Below, one piece after another: positions 22,660-36,669 of a DNA stretch of 64,000 bases. Below the pieces are notes generated by a model that ran no database searches, was not told the DNA's origin, and saw nothing but the letters and a program-made list of their open reading frames with translations. This DNA comes from Carcharhinus longimanus (taxonomy: Eukaryota): contig JASCQW010000072.1 in assembly GCA_030264375.1 (NCBI GenBank), positions 38,673,109 to 38,737,108 on the forward strand, given 5' to 3'. Position 1 is the stretch's first letter. Every line of letters begins with the position of its first letter. The position numbers and the translations under genes were made by a program.

Positions 22660-24460
22660 ATACTATTCATAGAGTAAATAGGGGAGAAGGAAAGGAGAGG
22701 ATGTAGAATGTAGTATTGCAGTCATAGCTGGGGTGTAGAGAAAGATCAAATATAAGGTAAGCCCATTCAAAAGTCTGATGGCAGCAGGGAAGAAACTGTT
22801 CTTGAGTCGGTTGGTTTGCAATCCCAGATTTTGTATCTTTTTCTCCACAGAAGAAGCTGGGGAGAGAGAATATCCGGGGTGCTGATTATGCTGACTGCTT
22901 TTCCGAGGCAGTGGGAAGTGTAGACATAGTCAATGGATGGGAGGCTGGTTTGCGTGATGGATTGGGCTACAGTCATGACCTTTTGTAGTTTCTTGCAGCC
23001 TTGGGCAGAGCAGGAGCCATACCAAGCTGTGATACATCCAGAAAGGATGCTTTCTCTGGTGTATCTGTAAAAATTAGTGAGAGTCATAGTGGACACGCCA
23101 AATTTCCTTAGTCTCTGGAGGAAGTGGAGATGTTGGTGGGTTTTCTTAACAATAGTGTTGGCATGGAAGGATCAGGACAGGTTGTTGGTGACCTGGACAC
23201 CTAGAAATGTGAAGCTCTTGACCATTTTCACTTCGTCCTCTTAATGCAGACAGAAGCATGTCCTCTGCTACACTTCCTGTAGTTGATGACTATTTCCTTT
23301 GTTTTGTTGACATTGACAGAGAAATTATCATGGTTGCACCAATTCACCAGACTCTGTACATCTTTCCTGTGCTCCGTCTCATCATTGTTTGAGATTCGAC
23401 CCACTACAGTGATGTCATCAGCAAAATTGAAAATTGAGTTGGAGCGGAATTTAGCCACACAGTCATAAGTTAATAAGGAGTATAGTAAGGACACAGTCTT
23501 GTGGGGCATTGGTGTTGAGGATAATTGTGGAGTATGTGTCATTCTCTATCCTTACTGATTGCAGTCTGTGGATTAGGAAGCCTAGGATCCAGTTGTGCAG
23601 GGAAAAGCTGAGCCCTAGGCCAGAGAGTTTGGAGATGAGTTTTGTAGGAATAATAGTGTTGAAGGTTGAGCTCTAGTCAATAAGGAGGAGTCTGACATAA
23701 ATGTCTTTGTTACCTAGATGTTCCAGGGTTGAGTGTGGGGCCAGGGAGACTGCTGTGTCTGCTGTGGACCTGTTGCAGCATTAGACAATCTGTAGTAGTC
23801 CAGGCAATCTGGGAGGCCAGTCCATGCCATGACTAATGTTTTGAAGCACTTCATAATGAAGGATGTCAGAGCTACCAGGTGATAGTCATTAAGGTACACT
23901 GCCAGGTTTTTCTTTGGTACAGGTCATCATCTTGAAGCAGGTAGGGACCTCAGATCAGTGTAAGGAGAGGTTGAAGATATCTGCGAATACCACTGCCAGC
24001 TGGTCCGTGCACAGTGTGCTTGTCTGGGTACCCCATCTGGGCCAGTCACTTTCCATGGGTTGACTTTCAAGTAGGCTGATCTGTGATGGTGGCCTGGGAT
24101 AGCGGTTCAGTTGAGGCTTCCGGGTGGGGGAAGGGAGGCGTCCCCTCGCTGCCCTCTTGCTCAAAATGGGCATAGAATGCGTTGAACTCATCGGGGAGTG
24201 TTGCACTGTTGCTGACGATTCTTCATGCCTTCATCTCGTAGCCTGTTATGTCTTGCAGACCTTGCGGTGGGAGTTCATATGGCTAGCATGGGTCTCTGGC
24301 TTGGTCTGGTACTGTCTCTTGCCATCTTTGACAGTTCTCCATAGATCATATATGGATATCCTGTACAGGTGAGGGTCACTCGACTTGAACAGGTCAGGGA
24401 CACCTGACTTGAACGTCTCAGACCTGGACTTCAGCAAGCAGCGGATATCACTGTTCACTT
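22660..24460 (-). mobile_element. Rex1/Babar LINE, 5'-truncated, nested in the RTE
   Basis: [76 protein letters not shown] and TNRLKNSFFPAAIRLLN. Confidence 0.9.
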
Positions 24461-25312
24461 ACTGTCAAGCATTTGCTGCCGTTGTTGTGGAAGAATGAGT
24501 TGGCGTGGCAGATACAATGTTGGCTCTCCTTGTCAACAATGATCTTTTGAGAGAGATGGCCTCAAATGTTTGGATCAATGCTCAATGTATTCCACAGCAT
24601 CTCCTTTAACATTTTTGGGAGGTGGAATTTTGGCTGGTCTGGTGTGGGTTGATATGAGTTTGGCAACATTCAAGGACAGACCTGCTGTCGTACATATAGA
24701 ACTGAAGAGATCAAGAGTGGCGTGCAAGTTTGGTGCAGAACGAACAATGACACCACAGTCATGCACAAACTGTGGTCAGATTTTTTGGCACAGAGACGAC
24801 TGAGGTTAAAGTGTTCTCCAGCTTGATAGTATTTAATTCTGACATCATAGGACAATTAATCTTTAAAAGACGAACTGCCATTGCCAAGTTAATTGTAAGT
24901 AGTATGGGGACATATACTTAGCATTCCATATACAGACCATAAGATGAATTAAGATGTGCTTGAAATTGCCAGAGCAAAAATAATTTTTAAAAAGTGACAT
25001 CCAGAAACAAAAATATCAGTATTTCGTCATTTAATCAGAGTTGAAAAGCTACAGAGAACTCTACTAAAGGGTAAAGCAGAGAAGAGAGGGGTCAACATAA
25101 GTGTAGTTGGATGATGGACATCACAGCGCAGTTGCAGACAAACTACTGTGGGTGAGTAAGGATAACACATGAGTAGGATGAGTGTGAAATAATATGACAG
25201 CAGATCTTTTGGTAAGAGTAGCTTCAAACAGGAGAGGAGGATCCAACAACCTTCCATGATCCTGATCTGGATTTTGAAGGTGTTTGCTTCAGACCTCCCA
25301 CTCAACACAACT

Positions 25313-25796
25313 GGGCGTCATGATAACACAGTGGTTAGCACTGCTGTTTCACAGCTCCAGGGACCTGGGTTCGATTCCCGACTTGGGTCACTGTCTGTGT
25401 GGANNNNNNNNNNNNNNNNNNNNNNNNNNNNNNNNNNNNNNNNNNNNNNNNNNNNNNNNNNNNNNNNNNNNNNNNNNNNNNNNNNNNNNNNNNNNNNNNN
25501 NNNGTTTCACAGCTCCAGGGACCTGGGTTCGATTCCCGACTTGGGTCACTGTCTGTGTGGAGTTTGCACATTCTCGTGTCTGCGTAAGTTTCCTCCCACA
25601 GACCAAAGATGCGTGGGTTAGGTTGATTGGCCATGCTCAAATTACTCCTTACTGTCCTGAGATGCGTAGATTAGAGGGATTAGTGGTAAAATATAAGTAG
25701 GGATATGGGGGTAGGGCCTGGGTGGGTTTGTGGTCTGTACAGACTCGATGGCTGAATGGCCTCTTCCTGTACTGTACAGTTTCTATGATTTCTATG
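25313..25796 (+). mobile_element. HE1-type V-SINE (tRNA head, V core, CR1-derived tail), spanning an N gap
   Basis: cagtggttagcactgctg (A box), gggttcgattcc (B box), ctgtgtggagtttgcacattct..gtgtctgcgt..gtttcctcccaca (V domain) and tail tctatgatttctatga. Confidence 0.9.
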
Positions 25797-26547
25797 ACTC
25801 TACAACTGCAGTCATATGATGAAGCAATTGCAAGATTGTGAAGTTTCTCGTACATACGTACTTTTGGAGCACCATCTATGGAGCCTCATAATTTACTGAG
25901 TTAAATTCTCAGTAAAGTTGCTCAGGCCAATGATAAAATGAAGACTTCCTGATGTTGTTCTCTTGGACTTTTCTTGGATTTTCTGGCAACAAAGATCACG
26001 TCGGAGGTTCGTCTGGAAGGTCTAAAGCCATACTACCTCCCTGGGAGAATTTCCTCAGCCACAGAAAATGGTGATTCAGGAGAATTAGTGTCAGATGTTT
26101 TTTCCTGCTTTGGACAAAGGGAAAACAGCTCAATTATTTCCATGGCATGTTTTATCTCCCTTCTTGAAAGCTTTTACAATTGTCGCATCTAAAATTAGCT
26201 GGGGGACCTGGTGAGGAGTTATTTTCCTCCCAAATCTGTAGGATGAGTACATGGAGTTTTGAGGCAAGAAAAACTGATCAGCTTTGAAGGTCTCGGCTGA
26301 AATATGAAGGGCGAGTTCTGTTGTTTTTCATCTGTCTGATTGCTCGTTGCAGCATCAAATTCTACCAAAGAATACTGGGTAACCTGAAGAGCAATAGCTG
26401 CCACAGTGGTTTCATGGTGAAGGAGTTGATGAAAATATTTTTCCCTGTGTTCATGGACGGCATTGCCATCCTTAAGAAGAGAGATGTCATCCTGAGAGTG
26501 AAGGGAATTTTGTCCCATTTGACATTGCTGTATATTGGTGGCTTTGA

Positions 26548-26730
26548 AAAACATAGAGAAGTGTAGCACAGGAACAGGTCCTTCGGCCCACAATTTTGTG
26601 CCGAGCATGGCACCAAATTGAACAAATCCCTTATGGCTGCCCAAGGTCCATATCCCTCTATTCCTTGCATAGTCACGTGTTTCTCTCAAAACTCCTTAAA
26701 CAACCCTATTGTATCTGCCTCCACCACCAA
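26548..26730 (-). mobile_element. CR1 3' tail nested in the RTE
   Basis: agcacaggaacaggtccttcggcccaca...gtatctgcctccaccacc. Confidence 0.8.
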
Positions 26731-29700
26731 GTTTTGCATGTCCATAATGGTTTAATATTGTTGGTTCTTTTAGGTTTCTCTTCCCACCACTTGACCTTTA
26801 GCTTCCGGATTTGACTTGAGGCATTAGTCTTGAACTGTTGAAATGCTGCCTTCCTGACTTGCGACCTTTGGTTGTTTGCCAGGTAACAGGAGGTGCTCAT
26901 TTTTGTTCTAGGAGGTCAAATATTTCAGCATTGTCACTGGGACTGGCTCAATGAAAATGGTGATGCTCAAACCCAATGATCTAGGTGCAGCAGTCTAGTA
27001 CAACAGGCTTTATTTTATCCCATTGTTCTGGAATTGAGTTGGACATGTGGACATTTTCCAAGTTGGTCATGAGCTATTGTTGAAATTCCTCTGTTCAGCC
27101 TGCTGCCTTCGGGGTCAGACATTGATCTTCTTTCTCTTCATCCCTTGTGATGTCTTGGTGAGTGCTCAAGTTAAGTCCATGATCTGTCCAGGCTGCATCA
27201 ACCCCTACATGGATTGAGTAATACAAACTTTATTTAGATCTTTGACCTGAACAATAACCATGGATGTGTCAATACTTTGATCTAGGATGCCTCCATGTAG
27301 TTTTGTTTTTGTCCTTCTGGTGGAAGCAGGTGCTTATAATAATTAGGCCATGCTGAGTATACATTGTCAACAGGAGCCTGCCATTCGCATTGGCTTTTTC
27401 CAATGGTTCCACACCTGATGTAGGAGTTGCCATCAATCATAGCATTAAATACTCCCCCACCCCCACCTGAATGATGATCTGTTCTTCTTATGGAATGGCA
27501 GTGAGGATATCAAAGTCAGAGCAAAGGTTTTCCTCATCGGGGCCACACCTGGATGTGGTACATTTGTTATGAATTAGGTCTGCATGAAATGTCATAAGTC
27601 ATTCATTTATACAACTGGAAAGTTCTGATGGTGCATTCAAGAGCCTATTCAGAATGCAAAACGAACCCGATAGATCAACCTTTCCTTTCCTGCTGTTTTG
27701 TCCTGCAGCTTCCTTTCCCAGGAAGATGATTCAATGTCAGTTCGGATTTTTAATAGTTCACATGATATGACTGCAATTCTTCATTTTGGATTGTCAGTCT
27801 TGAGATTATCCATTAATGTTCTAACATGCCAAGCTGCAAATTTTAGTACTTTCTTTCTTTGACCAGGAAGGTGGTGATCATGCAGGGTATGGTTGTCCAA
27901 TCAGGAGAAAGTGACACAACTTATTTTAGCCCCCTCCCCATTTGCAGTGAACAGAAAGTATCCCAAAGGAGACTGCACAGCCACAGATGCCTCTGTCCAC
28001 CAAAGACGCTTTTGTCTTTACAGAAGTATCCAATGGGCTTCATGCAACTGTTGCCTCGTGCAGATTCCTTACTAAGGACTCCCAGTTTCACAGCTCTGTC
28101 CCCATTGCCACAGGACTTGGCATGGACCCTGGTAGAAAGCTGCCTATGCCCTTAATGTAGGGGGCTGTCTTTGTCCACATACCTCGATGGGTTGGTGCTC
28201 AGATTCTGGTGATGTGTCGAGCCCACGATGTCTTTGGCACAGCAGCAGCCTTCTGCCTTTACAGTTCTGTGTGGGACAGTCTTCTTTCACCTGCTTTGCC
28301 CTTGAGGATTTTTTGAACCTAACTTCTCCTGTCACCTCCCTGACCTTGTGACATGGATGGCCCAGTGGAGCAAGGAGCTGTCGATGGTATTGCTTGATGG
28401 AACATGACAGCATATAAGCCTCTCTGCCACATCGAGGTGGTAATCCAATCCCTGTGTTTTCACAACAAAATCCAGTTCTCCTATTCTGGACATGGAAATT
28501 TGAACATAACAGTCTGCAACTGTGATAACAGACACTGTAAACTTCAGAGGTGTGTAAACATCAGAAGTGTACAAACTTAACAATATACATAAATAGCTCT
28601 GGAATACATTCTTGATCTCCACAGAATCCCAGATAGCAAAACTTGCTAATGGTTGAAATCTAGACAACTCCACTTCAAGTATGTAGGTGGATTCAAGTGG
28701 CACTTTACCACCTAAGCACCAGTTTACCCAGAATGTTTTCCCACTGCTTCCCAAAACAGTGCACCCTGGTGTACAGTGGACTCATCACAGAAACTGATTT
28801 GGTTTCAATCTTGCATCAGCGGAAGTATTATCCTGAAATCTACACAAAGGGGCCCATTCCAGCATACTCTCCTTCCCAAGGGAAATATTCTTCAGTCATT
28901 ACTACAGCTGACAAATACAGACCTGAATTCCCAATGTACAAATACAAATACCAGAACTACCCACGAGTGACATCATGAGCAGCATAATCTGAGTCCATCG
29001 GTACTCTTATTCAGTTCAAAGAATGGATATAGAGAACATTACATTGAAACCAATGTTTGAAATTCATCCCAAATGAGGTCAAGTCGTAGTTAATGTAATC
29101 TTACTTCTTTGTTTCTTACTGTTTAAATAAATAATGGGCTGTGTTAATTTTACTATAATAGCTAAGGCGAGATGACAGCAATACCTACAGAATATTGTTC
29201 CTCTATCTGGATAGCAGCTAAGCGATTGTCATATTTAACAAATGTCTGCCTACCTGCACTTACCTTCATGCAACAGATATGCAGAACATCCTAGGCAACT
29301 TCTAAGTTAGCAATATTATCTTGAGCTTCCAACACAATACTGCAAATTAGGAAACTTCCACTTTCAAAAGTCATTTAATTGAATTCATAGGTTGCAAATT
29401 TAAATTCACTGTAATTAACATGCATATGTCTGAGCAAAGTTAACATTGCACAAAAGTACTAGGAACTTCAGGCTGTATGAAATACTCTTAAGATAGTATT
29501 CATTCATTGAGAGGTGATAAAAGAAATAAAAAGGGAAAGAGCTTTACTACTGGAGCAAATGAATGAGGGTGTGCATCTGTGATTTCCTACACCTTGAAAC
29601 TAATCTCAGCATCAATGTGAAGCTAAATCTGAGCATGGGCGATATCACATTTGACCAAACTGGAAGTGAGGAGGATGGAAAGAAGTAGCCCTTACTCACT

Positions 29701-32700
29701 TGTAATTAAGAACAAATCATAATTAGTCCTTTTCTAAAAAAAAGCCATCACTGTGCACTGATACAAGCAAATTCCCAGTATTCATTCCTTCATTCAGGCA
29801 AAACTGTTCATATGTTGATAAGATTGGGATAAATTTAACTAGATTTCATTTGCAACTGTGTGTTTTTGATTGCTGTGAATGCACAACACTCACTTTTTGC
29901 CTGCTACCCAGGAGCAACCTCATATAGCCTAATGAAGATGTTTCATAGCAGTACTTTAGAGAGAACATATACTTGATTTGTGCACTGCAGCACATTAAAT
30001 AATTTAAATTCAGTACATTTAGAAAAAAAGTGTTTCAGATGTCATATTGAATTCTGAAACTAATAATAATCATAAGTTTTTAGCCTTTTTGAAATCACCA
30101 CATTTTGTTTCTCATGATGTTTCACAGGTCTGAGTGTAAAATAAATGCTCCTAGTGGGCAGTGCGTATTTGTAAAAATGGCTCTTGTATCTTTCCAAGAG
30201 AGCTTTCATTTGGTGTTTCTGGCTTTGTGGCACACAAATGAACTATGTCTAAGAGTGTCATAATGACAACAATAAATTTGAATAGCATCCAAAAGAAAAT
30301 GACCTTATAAACTGCATGAGTGATATAGTTGTGAAGGTACCATTTTGCTAATTCTTCAACTGCAGTTATCTTCTCTAATGTTATTTCCATATCTTTTATA
30401 TTCTGCTGTTTCAAATATTTGTCCATTTCTTTTTCAAACCTTAATACCACTTGTCATAACCATTCCATGTTATCGGAAGTCACAGATTGAAAAGGTTAAT
30501 GCTGCCTTGTTATCCTTTCAACAAATAAAAGGATCTTTTGTTACTTACTTTCTCAAAATTTTTCAGAACACTGAAAATCTCCATTAACTTGACCATCTTT
30601 CATATTAATATGCTGTACAATTCCTTTCGTGGAAGTTAGAATTCCTAATGGGGGGTTGTGGGGGTGGGGAAAAGAATAGAGGGTTGTCCATGGGGAGAGA
30701 AAGTAGGTGCCCAGGGAGGGAGGTGGTGTGGGGTTCTGGGAGGTGGTCGAAGGCAATTAATCCCAGGGCTGCTTGGAGGCCTTGTTGGGAAGAGTCATGA
30801 GGTCAATGGCCTTTTGAGGGCAGGGATTGTAACAGACTTGGGAAGAACCTCAGAGACCCGGGATGGGGGGAGGGGGGCTGGGGAAAGGGTGGGATAGATT
30901 GCAGGTGAGGGAAAGAAACCAGACTTTGGGGGGCAATAAAGGGGTTGGAAATTGAGATGGGGATTTGATGGCTTGGGAAGAGGTACAGGGAGGGTGGATT
31001 GGAGGGCTGAGTGATGGGGAATTTGGTGACTGCCCAGACAACTGGATCCTGCAGATAGGTGTAAAGGTATTTATCTCCTAAATCCAGCAGCTTTCATCTT
31101 GGTGTAGTTGATGGGTTTCCTGAAGCTTGGGAAAAACAGCCAACTACATTTGGAAATGAAAAGCTAAATAACAATGAATTCAGTTATCATAACTGAAGTG
31201 TTAACTTGCCCTAATACAGCAGATTGATCATGCACCCACCTTCCCACCCAATTAAAGCTGGAATTGGGTGGGTTGGAGGCAGGTTTGAATTGCAATTCTG
31301 ATTTTTAACACTTTAACCGCCCAATCCAAATCAATTTTTTTTGATTAAAAGTCCCCCCCAAAGTGTCTGGAATGGAGGAGAGTAAAATTATTTAAGATCT
31401 TTGGTCTTCTACAAATGAGAACATTCTAAGTGGAAAAAAATTGATTTTATGTGTGGGCCAAGACATTTCTGACTCCCCAACAGAAAGCTGAAGTAAAAAC
31501 TGAAGATAAGAAGAGTTTGGTATAAATGGTAAAGTGAAACAAAATTATCACAGGAAAATCAAACATATTTGAAGTTCAGACTGAGTCATTCAAAATTCAT
31601 TTCAGACAAGCTTGTTGAGGCACTGGTTCTTCAAAACTAAGTTTTTCACATTCCTTCTTTTTGTGTTTCTTTCTCCACAGTGTTGCACTTCTTTGAAAAT
31701 AGCAATTATATCTCTACTTATTAGAATATTGACATTGATCATCATAACCATCGTCATCATTTTCAACTTGATCCCATTTACAGTGGATTCATCTGTAAAC
31801 CAGGCCTACCTCGGTACACCGGAATGTAACACACTTTTTAATTTTACCGGGAATAGGATAGATCTATGAGGGTATCAATCCAATTTGGACAGCAAAATAT
31901 CGTATTTTTTAAGCCTAACTTGCACATTTTGTAATTATCAATATGACAGCCTGATGGCAATCTCTAATTGCTATCAGCCTAACATTACTCTTCTGCTATC
32001 AACTTCAGGATTCTGTCATTGTATATGGCGCAGAGCAACCACTAAGGTTGGAGACAATAAAAGTGAAGAGAAAATCAATGTAACTATCGCAGTTTGTGTT
32101 TAACTTATGCCAAATTTAGATTTTAAAAGCCTTTGGATTGTAGCTGAGAAGCAAAACTGAGGGAGACAAGCAAGTTCACAGTTTTGACAAAGGAAAAAGA
32201 ATGAGTAAGAGCATCCTGATTTTAAGTTTGGATATCAACATGTTAAGGGGAAGGGACAAGTGTCTGAGTTAGTGTTTATCTGCTTGGACTATATTCACTA
32301 AATTAAGCTGTGCAACAATTCAGTCTGGGGATATAATTTTACAAAAATGGAAACCGGCTGTTTGCAAAAAATGCAAAAAATACAGAAGATGAAAATGGTT
32401 GAGTAACGATTGAGAAACCAGAAAATGTGCTTGGCATGCCCTTTCACACCCAAAATTCCAACAATCAATTCAATTGTTGCTCATTTGTCTATCATGTGAC
32501 ATGGAAAGCCAAAATTAAATGAGTAACAATCAGCAACCAGTAAATGGCACTTACTTGAACTGGAAAAAAATGGGTACCTGGAAAACCATTTACTGGTTAG
32601 GAATCGTGTATATATAAACATCTGACCGTGATTGGAACAGGAACCACAACATGAGCTGCAGTATGGGGGAAGAAAATCCAGACCATGTATGTGTGACCAC

Positions 32701-33752
32701 TACATCATTTAAAAAGTCAGAAGTGCTTGCATATTTTTTAATGTGCATGCTTTCTTTGGGTATATTGTCAAGGGGTTTATGGCACAGTCCATTTACTCAA
32801 AAGAACTGAGGTACAGATATATTTAGGACAACACACAGGCTTTAACATGAGTCTAAGTGGATTTTAATAATGTACCTCATAAGCTGTTGACACTGATCAG
32901 TGAGATGGGTTTTTTCAAAAGATGTAGTCATCCTGCTTATGATTTTTTAAAAATGATTTGAACTTTAATTATAACAATGTTTTAAAATAACAGTTTACTA
33001 AATGGCCTGCAGTTATAAAAAATAAAATCATCCTTTGAAAAACAAGCTGGCTATTGTTAGAGTAAAACCAGTGAGTTTCTGGTGTGTATAATTATATATA
33101 TCTATCTACAGGCATTCTTACCCATAGACACACACCTCTATCCCGGGGTTCAGTTGCTAAATCATTGCTAGTCTCATGTCCAAAAAATATCTGAAAATAA
33201 TTGTGAACTTGATTTTATTTCCATTATTATGAAATAAACTGATCTGCTCCACCATGTGTTATTTATGTCTGGGATACAGACTTGGTGGGGTTCTTAGAGG
33301 AACTCATTGATGCTTAATCCTTCCATGTGCACTCAGACTTGTGCCAGCAAATGAACTGACTGCAATCTGGGTTTGCTGTGGGCAAAACAAATGGGTTGAG
33401 TTCACACAGGTGCAGTGCCAACTAGGTCAAAGGGCATCAATCTCAGTTTTACTGGCCTCATTGTTGCTCAAGTAAAGGGTAAGGGAATCATATGACAATA
33501 TTCTAATGTACATAAGGTGATAGTGAACATAACCAGCCTAATGATTTTGCAATTTTAAGTAATATCCCCTTTCACTGTGCAGTTTTGTAGCCCTTCACGC
33601 TGCTCCTAGTCTTAAATCACTAAACTTGATCCAGGTCTGTTGCAGAGGATATTCCTAACACAGACACATCATCAAGAGAAAGGTTAACAGTACAATGTAA
33701 ACCCTAAGCACTAACTGTTCAACTCCCATTTAGATAACAAAATGGTTCTCAC

Positions 33753-33854
33753 CTGTTCTGGGGAGAGTTTATGATTCGTCTGTTCAGAATGTGCTGAGGA
33801 TTTCAGGTGGTCCTCCTCATAATTATCTGCCATCAGCTTCATTCTGTTCTGGGT
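33753..33854 (-). CDS. ERC1: ERC1 (ELKS/RAB6-interacting CAST family member 1) internal coding exon, 34 codons, phase 0/0
   Basis: The minus strand reads cttttgtttctttttcacAG|ACC CAG AAC AGA ATG...CCA GAA CAG|GTGAGA, translating to TQNRMKLMADNYEEDHLKSSAHSEQTNHKLSPEQ. This matches recalled human ERC1 TQNRMKLMADNYEDDHFKSSHSNQTNHKPSPDQ and lacks the poly-His run of ERC2. A branch-point-like GCTAAC lies at 33892-33897. Confidence 0.93.
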
Positions 33855-34339
33855 CTGTGAAAAAGAAACAAAAGATGTTCATATCCATTTGGTTAGCCAC
33901 CTTCATTGATACATACTTGTGCTCCTTTTAAGTGAATGATTGACAATATTGTACTTCCGATCTTGGCAGTTAGATGTACTCTTGGGGTGAGGGGGGGGTA
34001 AATAACTTTTAGTATATTCTCTCTTACTTCGTGTGTCATTAAGGAAACTTCAAAAAAGATATGTATATATAAACTAATATTGGTCCATACAAGTGAAGCT
34101 CACTAAGTTAGAGCTTGAAGGCATTGCTGCCATCCATTCATGCTGAAACAACTTAACCTAGTCCTGTCCCTTTAGTCGACCCCCTATTTCTTTGCCATCT
34201 CCAATGCATATAGGTCTCATCAGGTTCTTCCATAAGAAGTGATTTTGAAATGGGGTGTACATCAGGTGGGTGGTGGGAAGGGTGGTTACGATAAACAGAC
34301 TATACAACAAGCAAGGTGTCTGAAATGTTTCACTGGTCA

Positions 34340-34745
34340 AGCTTAGATCTCATGGGAGCAGCAAGTTGCAAGCACGAATCTAGCACCAATAAGTAGCTTG
34401 CTCTTCTGGGAGCAGTGGGAAATCAGACAGCTCATCGATTTAATTCTCCACCTCGGTCTCCTGTGCTGCTCCAATGCAGCTTAACTTCAATTTGAGAAGC
34501 AGCACCTCATCTTTTAATTCTGGTTGGTTGCCTCTGTGGAGCAGGCAGCTAATTCTGCTCCCTGTTTGCCCTGGAAAACTTCTCTGGAGGTCGGAATGGT
34601 TGAGGAGCCATCCCAATGTGCATCTCCGATTTTTCTCAGCTCCAGCCCCCTTCACCCCCATCTTCACAGGGCCAGAAAATTCAATCAATTAAATCGTTTT
34701 TCCCCCACAAATGCTGTCTGAGCTGCATCTTTCATCTTCTAAATA
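34340..34745 (+). mobile_element. Penelope-like fragment (end of GIY-YIG and terminus)
   Basis: ctccaatgcagc...gagaagcagcacctcatctt is the complement of the sequence at 6590-6650. Confidence 0.55.
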
Positions 34746-36439
34746 GGAACATTAACATTCTAGCCTCTATGCTTAATATGGATCTAGGACTGTTATTAAG
34801 TTCACTTGCTACAGCTTGTTGACTAATCTCTTTATGTACACCTTGAAGCCATTACAAAAGATCAACTGTACACAACCAAAATGCCAAAAAAAATCTCTTA
34901 ATAACTATTATTACTTAGGAAGGGAGTTTGTATGTACAGGTACACCACCTATCGTGCAGCCTTGAAACTAGTGAAGCTCATTTCTGGAATACTTCCTAAA
35001 TTTATCATAATGTCCCAAATGGAATGATGGTACTTTTGGGTTCTGGAGAAGAAGGGTGTGTTTATCTACAGACTGGAGACTGTGGGCTTAAATAAATACT
35101 ACTTTCTACAGTTTTGCACGCTGAAGCAGGAATCCATTCTATCAATTCATTTATTTTTTTAAACATTGCTATTTTACTTACAACATCAAATGACTGATTT
35201 TCTGCAGATGGAGACTAACTTCTCAGTTTGGGAGTGCCACAAAGAAGAACAATTTTGCTGTCACAGCGTTTGGAACTATCACGGAGTCACAAACCGCTTG
35301 CCCATCTCTCCATTGATCCGTCTCTCCACAATAATCATAACTGCATATTGGTGAAATCAATTTCAAAGTCATCATGCTGCTGAATTTCAGTGAACCAATG
35401 CTGAAGCCAGATTGAATTCTAGTCAGGAGCTCAGCAGCGGCTATAGCAGGACCCTGGAGATTTTTGAGGAGTGGGTCAGTTAAGAGACTTGCAAGGATTC
35501 AATGGCTGGTTAGTGAGGGGGCGGATTGCTCAGGCAACTTTGCCTGAGGTCAACCAGTACCACAGGGGCCTCCTCGATAGGCCATGGAACTCCCATCAAG
35601 AAGGGTGCCCCTGGGAATTCACTGAGAAACACCAGGTTTACTTGGCTGTCTTCCCATGAGTTCGCAAGCCTTACTGAAGCAGGCAAAATGCGCATAGGAT
35701 AGTGAAGTGGTACCTAATGAGGCCCTTAAGTAGCTCAATTGGCCATAAAATGAGCAGCTGCACCACTGAGGATCCCACTGCAGGCAATGTGCTTTGATAG
35801 TGGGAAGACGTTGGACTTCCCTCCCGAAATCTTCCCTCACCAAGTTACCAGTGTCCCCACTACCCAACCCATCTCTAAGGGCAGGGAAAATTCAGCCCCA
35901 GATGTCTCCCAGGCTTAGCATTGGTCACATAATTGATTGGTAGATGTTTCCTGTTTTTGACGCTCCTATTACAAGAAGGGATGGCCCATTTGTTCCACCC
36001 AGTGATGTGAGCTGAAACATGGGGTTGGATTTTAACCAAATGGAGGTGCGAATTGTTGAACTTCTTGTCGCTCGCTGCTCATATCAAAAGTCCTCGCTCA
36101 AGGCTTTTTTTGGGAAAGAGAAGCAGCAGCCAGGGAAGCAGTGAGGAGGGGGCTCAGCAAGAGGGAGGGTGCATGAGGAGGAGAGTCAGTGAAAGGGAAG
36201 TTTAAAGGGGGAGAGGGCCGATGAGCGGACAATTTAGCGGGTACAATCGGTGGCAACCAGGAGGTGCAGCAAGGTGAAGGGTTGGGGAATGGAACAGGTA
36301 ATGAGTTGGAGGCTTGGGGAGCCAGGGGAGGCAGCAGCAAGTAAAAATTAATTTATTTTAGTTTACTTTAGAAATTATTTCATTTTATAAATGTAGGCAT
36401 TTAGCAATGGTTGCTTGGTGGTATGAACTTGAGCATAGC

Positions 36440-36665
36440 TGAAAACAAAAAGAGATATGTTGTCAAAGCTTTTCATCTGACAGTCAGGGCAGAATCGTAA
36501 AAATACCAAATTTTGAAGAGAATAACAATTTATACTGCATGTGAAAAGGGTGCTGATTGGTTGGCAAGTGGACTCTGATTGGTAGAAGCATTGCCATGGA
36601 GAATGCACCATAGAACAACTATCTCCCAAGCTCTTGTTTAAATTCAAACCAAGCAAGTCAATTCA
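36440..36665 (-). mobile_element. Penelope-like terminal fragment, second family
   Basis: atgttgtcaaagcttttcatc...aacaatttatactgc...gctgattggttggcaagtggactctgattggtag; recognised from memory. Confidence 0.5.
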
Positions 36666-36669
36666 ATAA

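Larger units (their letters stand above)
21722..28445 (-). mobile_element. Near full-length degraded RTE (BovB/Expander-like) LINE hosting nested insertions
   Basis: 3' CPMCPKMCRSRISLF (~21780-21835), RT remnant IKYYQAGEHFNLSRL (~24800), KAAFQQF...KWWEEK (~26800), APE remnants TTWRHPRS (~27290) and WHVRTL (~27825), and an RTE-like 5' UTR to ~28445, all colinear. Confidence 0.75.

Noticed and set aside
25313-25390. tRNA gene (also the heads at ~8600 and ~63680)
   Set aside because: The A/B boxes continue into SINE/LINE bodies with no complete cloverleaf or Pol III terminator.
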